Shown here piece after piece: positions 60,354 through 64,000 of a stretch of 64,000 nucleotides of DNA. Made by a program: the position numbers and the translations under genes. The notes under the pieces are model-generated. The model made no database searches, was not told the DNA's origin, and was given only the letters and a program-made list of their open reading frames with translations. Origin of the DNA: Candidatus Spongiihabitans sp. (GTDB taxonomy: Bacteria; Pseudomonadota; Gammaproteobacteria; Arenicellales; Poriferihabitantaceae); NCBI GenBank assembly GCA_965237725.1, contig OZ250151.1, positions 2,755,086 to 2,819,085 of the forward strand, read 5' to 3'. How positions within the stretch are numbered: the first letter of the stretch is position 1; every line of letters begins with the position of its first letter.

Positions 60354-62423
60354 CTAGGGATCTGCGAGGCTAAAAACCCGATCATATTTCACCGAGGGTT
60401 CAATATCTTTTTCAGTGTCAAGTTCCCTGGCCCATCGGTGTCCGGCATAAACCGCATCTGCAATTATAGCGGGCGCGTCGCAATCGCCAATCTTTGATAC
60501 AGTGAACTTTGTTTTATCCGCATTCGATTCGACATAGTGATTCAGATCATAATAAAGTTGATCATCAGGATTTCTTGCGGTAACCAGCACCAAAGCAGCG
60601 GCGTCCAAAGATATCTCAGGACCGCCATAAGTACAACCCAGCTCAGCGCGAGTTCCACCAAATGACTGCAGGTGTTTTGAGGTAACAATCTGAACGCCAA
60701 GTTCCATTAATCGTTTTTGTGCCCGACGTTGCTCGGCGGTGTATGTGCTCCAGGAAGAAACTTTGGTATCCGGAGTCACATAGATGACCGATACATCTTC
60801 GCTGCTTAACTTTTCTGCGATTACGCTGGCCATGTAGTAGCTGTCATCGTCATAAATTATTGTTGTACCGTCAGGCATTCGCCCTTCCATAATATCGTCG
60901 GGGGTGTATAGCGCAGATTCATCACCAAGATTAGGATTGAGCGCTTCATTGTATCGTCCAAATCCATCTCGTCGCCAATGGGCGCCGGTTGCCAGTACAA
61001 CATGGTCCGCGCCCACTTCCACAATTTCCTCAACACCCATATGGCTTTCGCGGAAGATTTCCACTTTAGGCATTTTTTCAATTTGCCCAACACGATAATC
61101 CCGGACTCGCGCCCATTCGCTCAGGCCGGGCAATTTTGATTCTCTAGAAATCCTGCCACCCAGGTCTCGGTTTTTTTCAGCAAGTAATACGTGGTATCCG
61201 CGCAGTCCCAGCGCCCGGGTGGCTTCCAGTCCGGCGGGCCCCGACCCAATAACCAATACGGTAGCGTCTGATGCTTTGTCATTCATATTTTCGGGATGCC
61301 ATCCGCGTCGCCACTCTTCTCCCATAGTCGGGTTTTGGGTGCATCGAATGGGTATACCCAAACCGTCTGAGGCATAACAGATATTGCAACCGATACATTC
61401 GCGAATGTCTTCGATTTGATCGTTTTTAATTTTATTGGGTAAAAACGGATCTGCAATTGACGGGCGGGCCGCCCCAATGAAATCCACAATGCCGCGTTTC
61501 ACCTGGGATACCATGGTATCCGGCGAGGTGAATCGACCGACGGTAACTACGGGTTTGGTGGTTTTGGATTTAACAAAATTCATGTAAGGCTCGAGAGAAG
61601 CGGTTTTAACAAATCGCGACACACCCATCTCATAAGAATAGTCTGCGACATTGATATCCCAAAGATCGGGCAGCTCTGCCAGCATTTCGAACATTTCCCG
61701 CAGTTCGTTGTAAACCGGAGCGCCATCACCACCGCCGCCCTCGTCCACAGAAAATCGAACTGCAACGGCGCATCGGTCTCCGACGGCTTCATTGGTTTCT
61801 TCGATTACCTCCCGAACCAGTCGAACACGATTTTCCAGGCTGCCACCGTATTCATCCGTCCTGGTGTTGGTATGGGATGAAAGAAAGGATGAAAACAGAT
61901 AGCCGTGGGTTGCATAGACATAGACGATATCAAACTCCGCCGCTTTAGCCCTCAACGCGGCCTGGCGATGCCAGTTTCGCAGGTTGCGAATATCCGCCTT
62001 ATCCATGGACCGGGATTGTTTCGGATTGCCTGCCGTATTGGGCATGCTGGAAACACTCAATGGGACTTCCCGACTAAACAGGTTTGACGATCGGGCGCCT
62101 CCGGCCCATAGCTCAACCCCTGCCAGGGCGCCGTGCTGGTGGACTTTCTCCGTCATCAGGGCATGGGATTTTACATCGCCTTCATCCCAGATTGAATGGG
62201 ATATATAAGGCAGGTCGTCGGATGAAGGGTGAATTGAACAATACTCGGTACAGACCACGCCCCAGCCGCCTTCCGCTTTCATGCCGCGCAAGTCAGCAAC
62301 CATTTTTGGCCGCACCCAACCAAGGCCAGTGCAATGAGGCACCTGATAGAAACGGTTCTTTGCTGTGACCGGGCCGATCTTTACCGGCTCAAATAAAATA
62401 TCATAAGGCGATGATGTCGACAT
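60354..62423 (-). CDS. Trimethylamine/dimethylamine/histamine dehydrogenase-family iron-sulfur flavoprotein
   Basis: 689 aa. YDILFEPVKIGPVTAKNRFYQVPHCTG ... KAEGGWGVVCTEYCSIHPSSDD ... IWDEGDV ... GALAGVELW closely parallels the trimethylamine dehydrogenase N-terminus, including the FMN-linking Cys in VPHC. 4Fe-4S cysteines are CIGCNIC...C. The C-terminal ADP-binding fold has VLVIGSGPAGLEA. Confidence 0.8.
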   Translation of the reverse strand: MSTSSPYDILFEPVKIGPVTAKNRFYQVPHCTGLGWVRPKMVADLRGMKAEGGWGVVCTEYCSIHPSSDDLPYISHSIWDEGDVKSHALMTEKVHQHGALAGVELWAGGARSSNLFSREVPLSVSSMPNTAGNPKQSRSMDKADIRNLRNWHRQAALRAKAAEFDIVYVYATHGYLFSSFLSSHTNTRTDEYGGSLENRVRLVREVIEETNEAVGDRCAVAVRFSVDEGGGGDGAPVYNELREMFEMLAELPDLWDINVADYSYEMGVSRFVKTASLEPYMNFVKSKTTKPVVTVGRFTSPDTMVSQVKRGIVDFIGAARPSIADPFLPNKIKNDQIEDIRECIGCNICYASDGLGIPIRCTQNPTMGEEWRRGWHPENMNDKASDATVLVIGSGPAGLEATRALGLRGYHVLLAEKNRDLGGRISRESKLPGLSEWARVRDYRVGQIEKMPKVEIFRESHMGVEEIVEVGADHVVLATGAHWRRDGFGRYNEALNPNLGDESALYTPDDIMEGRMPDGTTIIYDDDSYYMASVIAEKLSSEDVSVIYVTPDTKVSSWSTYTAEQRRAQKRLMELGVQIVTSKHLQSFGGTRAELGCTYGGPEISLDAAALVLVTARNPDDQLYYDLNHYVESNADKTKFTVSKIGDCDAPAIIADAVYAGHRWARELDTEKDIEPSVKYDRVFSLADP

Positions 62424-62549
62424 TTTAGCTACTTATTTATCGAGTCTGTTTTGAGGCGACAGTATATTGTGCGCAGCAGAAACAGTCTACTTGCAGTATA
62501 GTCAGCACTTAAAAATTTTAGGGCGGCCACAATCCTGAGCCGAATAACA

Positions 62550-63773
62550 TTGGAAAAAAATATCCGACTCTATCCATGGTTTCGTGTTGCTTCAGATGTC
62601 CAGGCATGGATATCGGTATTTTTTCTGTATTTCTCCCAGTTTGTATCACTCGAACAAATTTTGCAGCTTTCAGCTGTTTATTATGTTTCGGTATTTATTC
62701 TTGAAGTACCATCGGGGTATTTTTCAGATCGAGTGGGCCGTAAGATTACATTGGCTTTATCCGCGCTTTCATTGGTTTGTGCCCATACACTTTTTCTAAC
62801 GGGCAGTGGCTTCACGATCTTTGCCTTTGGCCAGTTTATGCTGGCTGCGGGAACCGCCTTTCAGTCTGGTACCGATACCGCATTACATTATGATTCTCTG
62901 GTTGCGGTTGGGCGGGAGAATGAGTATGAAAAAAGGGAGGCTCGGGCGGAAAAGTTTGGTATGTTGTCACTGGCGGTTGGCACATTGTTAGGTGGTGCGC
63001 TTGGTCTCATCGACTTGAGATTTGCCTATGTGCTGTCATTGTGTGGGGGAATTGCCGCTTTGATCATCGTAACTCAATTTGCTGAGCCCAGGCATTGCAG
63101 ACACGAAATACCCCAATCGTTTCTCAGGGTCTTAAGCAGTTGTATAAAACGATTGAAAAATCCGTTATTGGCCTGGTTGTTTGTGGCGATGGTAGTGATG
63201 TATTCCATGGAGCATGTGCCATTCGAATTTTATCAACCCTATATCCGATTGCTTGGGCTGGAGTTATTAACCATTCAGGGAAACAATGCTGCATTAATAT
63301 CGGGCGTTGTGATTTCGATTTCCATGTTCGGTGGTGCCATGGGAGCAGCATTGAGCATTCGAATTCGAAATGCAATTGGATTACTTGGCGTGATTGCTCT
63401 CGCTGGGGCAGTTCAGCTTTCAATCATTACTGCATTGGGAACGGTTTTACATTTCGCTGCATTGATGATGGTGTTTGCGCGTAACTTCCCCATGGCCATG
63501 GTCCACGCGCCAGTCAATGCTGCAATAGCGCCATTAATCGATTCCAGTCAACGAGCAACCTATCTTTCCATGCAGGGATTATCCCAGAGGATTATGTTCG
63601 CGATATTGTTATTTTCGTTATCATTTACCGTGAGCGATGTAGATGCGATCAGTTGGCCAACCTTGTCGACCCTGCTACGCACTTGTTTGTTGGTTGGTCT
63701 TGTGACCGTGATTCCGCTTTTGCTGACCAGTAAGAAAATTCTTAGAGAAATTGGTGTGAAGCGTGCTGGCTAA
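62550..63773 (+). CDS. MFS transporter
   Basis: 407 aa with about 12 hydrophobic segments and the GYFSDRVGRK loop motif between TM2 and TM3. Confidence 0.75.
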   Translation: MEKNIRLYPWFRVASDVQAWISVFFLYFSQFVSLEQILQLSAVYYVSVFILEVPSGYFSDRVGRKITLALSALSLVCAHTLFLTGSGFTIFAFGQFMLAAGTAFQSGTDTALHYDSLVAVGRENEYEKREARAEKFGMLSLAVGTLLGGALGLIDLRFAYVLSLCGGIAALIIVTQFAEPRHCRHEIPQSFLRVLSSCIKRLKNPLLAWLFVAMVVMYSMEHVPFEFYQPYIRLLGLELLTIQGNNAALISGVVISISMFGGAMGAALSIRIRNAIGLLGVIALAGAVQLSIITALGTVLHFAALMMVFARNFPMAMVHAPVNAAIAPLIDSSQRATYLSMQGLSQRIMFAILLFSLSFTVSDVDAISWPTLSTLLRTCLLVGLVTVIPLLLTSKKILREIGVKRAG

Positions 63774-63823
63774 AGCCCATACTTAGCATAGTGGAAAATC
63801 TGTGAGGGGCAAAATGTGAAATT

Positions 63824-63840
63824 CCAGGGTGAGCCCCTGG
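63824..63840 (+). terminator. Weak hairpin CCAGGG-TGAGC-CCCTGG downstream of the MFS gene
   Basis: A 6-bp GC-rich stem is followed by ACTGTTTCT. The T-tract is poor. Confidence 0.25.
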
Positions 63841-64000
63841 ACTGTTTCTAAGCGCTATTGCCCCAACTTGATTTATTGAAATCACTCAGCTTCTAACTTG
63901 TACTATTTTGTTCAAAACTTGGCTCATTACTTTAGTTGCGTTGGTTACGTGATCCTGCTTTTTTACCGCCGGGGACCTTGGCCCAGCGTCGCAGATCGAA

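Noticed and set aside
63932-64000. Possible 3' end of a minus-strand gene (…FDLRRWAKVPGGKKAGSRNQRN, stop TAA at 63932-63934) entering from the right window edge
   Set aside because: Only 22 codons are visible and the frame cannot be verified. No motif is recognisable, so this is too little to call.

Overview
Bacterial chromosomal segment, proteobacterium-like and probably marine. It carries about 50 protein genes. I recognised no rRNA, tRNA or CRISPR. All functional calls come from motif recognition by eye on the supplied translations and on my own translations. No searches or computations were run.

(i) 1-2.9 kb: envelope-glycan-type genes. These are a HAD-UbiA fusion and a large polytopic membrane protein of visibly higher GC. 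They abut an intact IS30-family element at about 3054-4308.

(ii) 4.4-29.2 kb: a dense block for catabolism of methylated osmolytes, C1 amines and organosulfur compounds.
- Mu-class-like GST, 2OG oxygenase, sulfotransferase-like protein and an EutA/EutD-like pair.
- Heterotetrameric sarcosine oxidase soxBDAG, a Rid protein and a carnitine-dehydrogenase-like enzyme.
- Fatty-acid-hydroxylase-family protein, DmdB-like CoA ligase and DddL-like cupin.
- An operon of esterase, homocysteine methyltransferase, MetE-like protein and a triple-Rid fusion.
- A signal-peptide-less SBP-like protein with a glutamine-synthetase-like ligase and a cupin, plus a second homocysteine methyltransferase.

(iii) 29.3-58.7 kb: a lower-GC accessory region.
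- A very AT-rich glycosyltransferase-like gene, an ArsR-SRPBCC-membrane module and a methyltransferase.
- An orphan lipid-type biosynthetic locus built round one 2145-aa type I PKS with domain order KS-AT-KR-DH-ER-ACP. It also has an acyl ligase, ACP-TE, TE, Sfp-type PPTase, two hotdog enzymes, two oxygenases and a GT2.
- The locus is bracketed by two signalling proteins that share the same TolB-N-like + TPR sensor module. One is an 800-aa membrane class III nucleotide cyclase. The other is a 2305-aa wHTH/BTAD regulator carrying five such modules in tandem.
- Two small paralogous genes preceded by phased direct repeats lie divergently upstream of the giant regulator.

(iv) 58.7-64 kb: PEBP-like protein, aminotransferase, trimethylamine-dehydrogenase-family flavoprotein and MFS transporter.

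Intergenic regions carry a modular family of hairpin repeats, including four head-to-tail 65-bp units.
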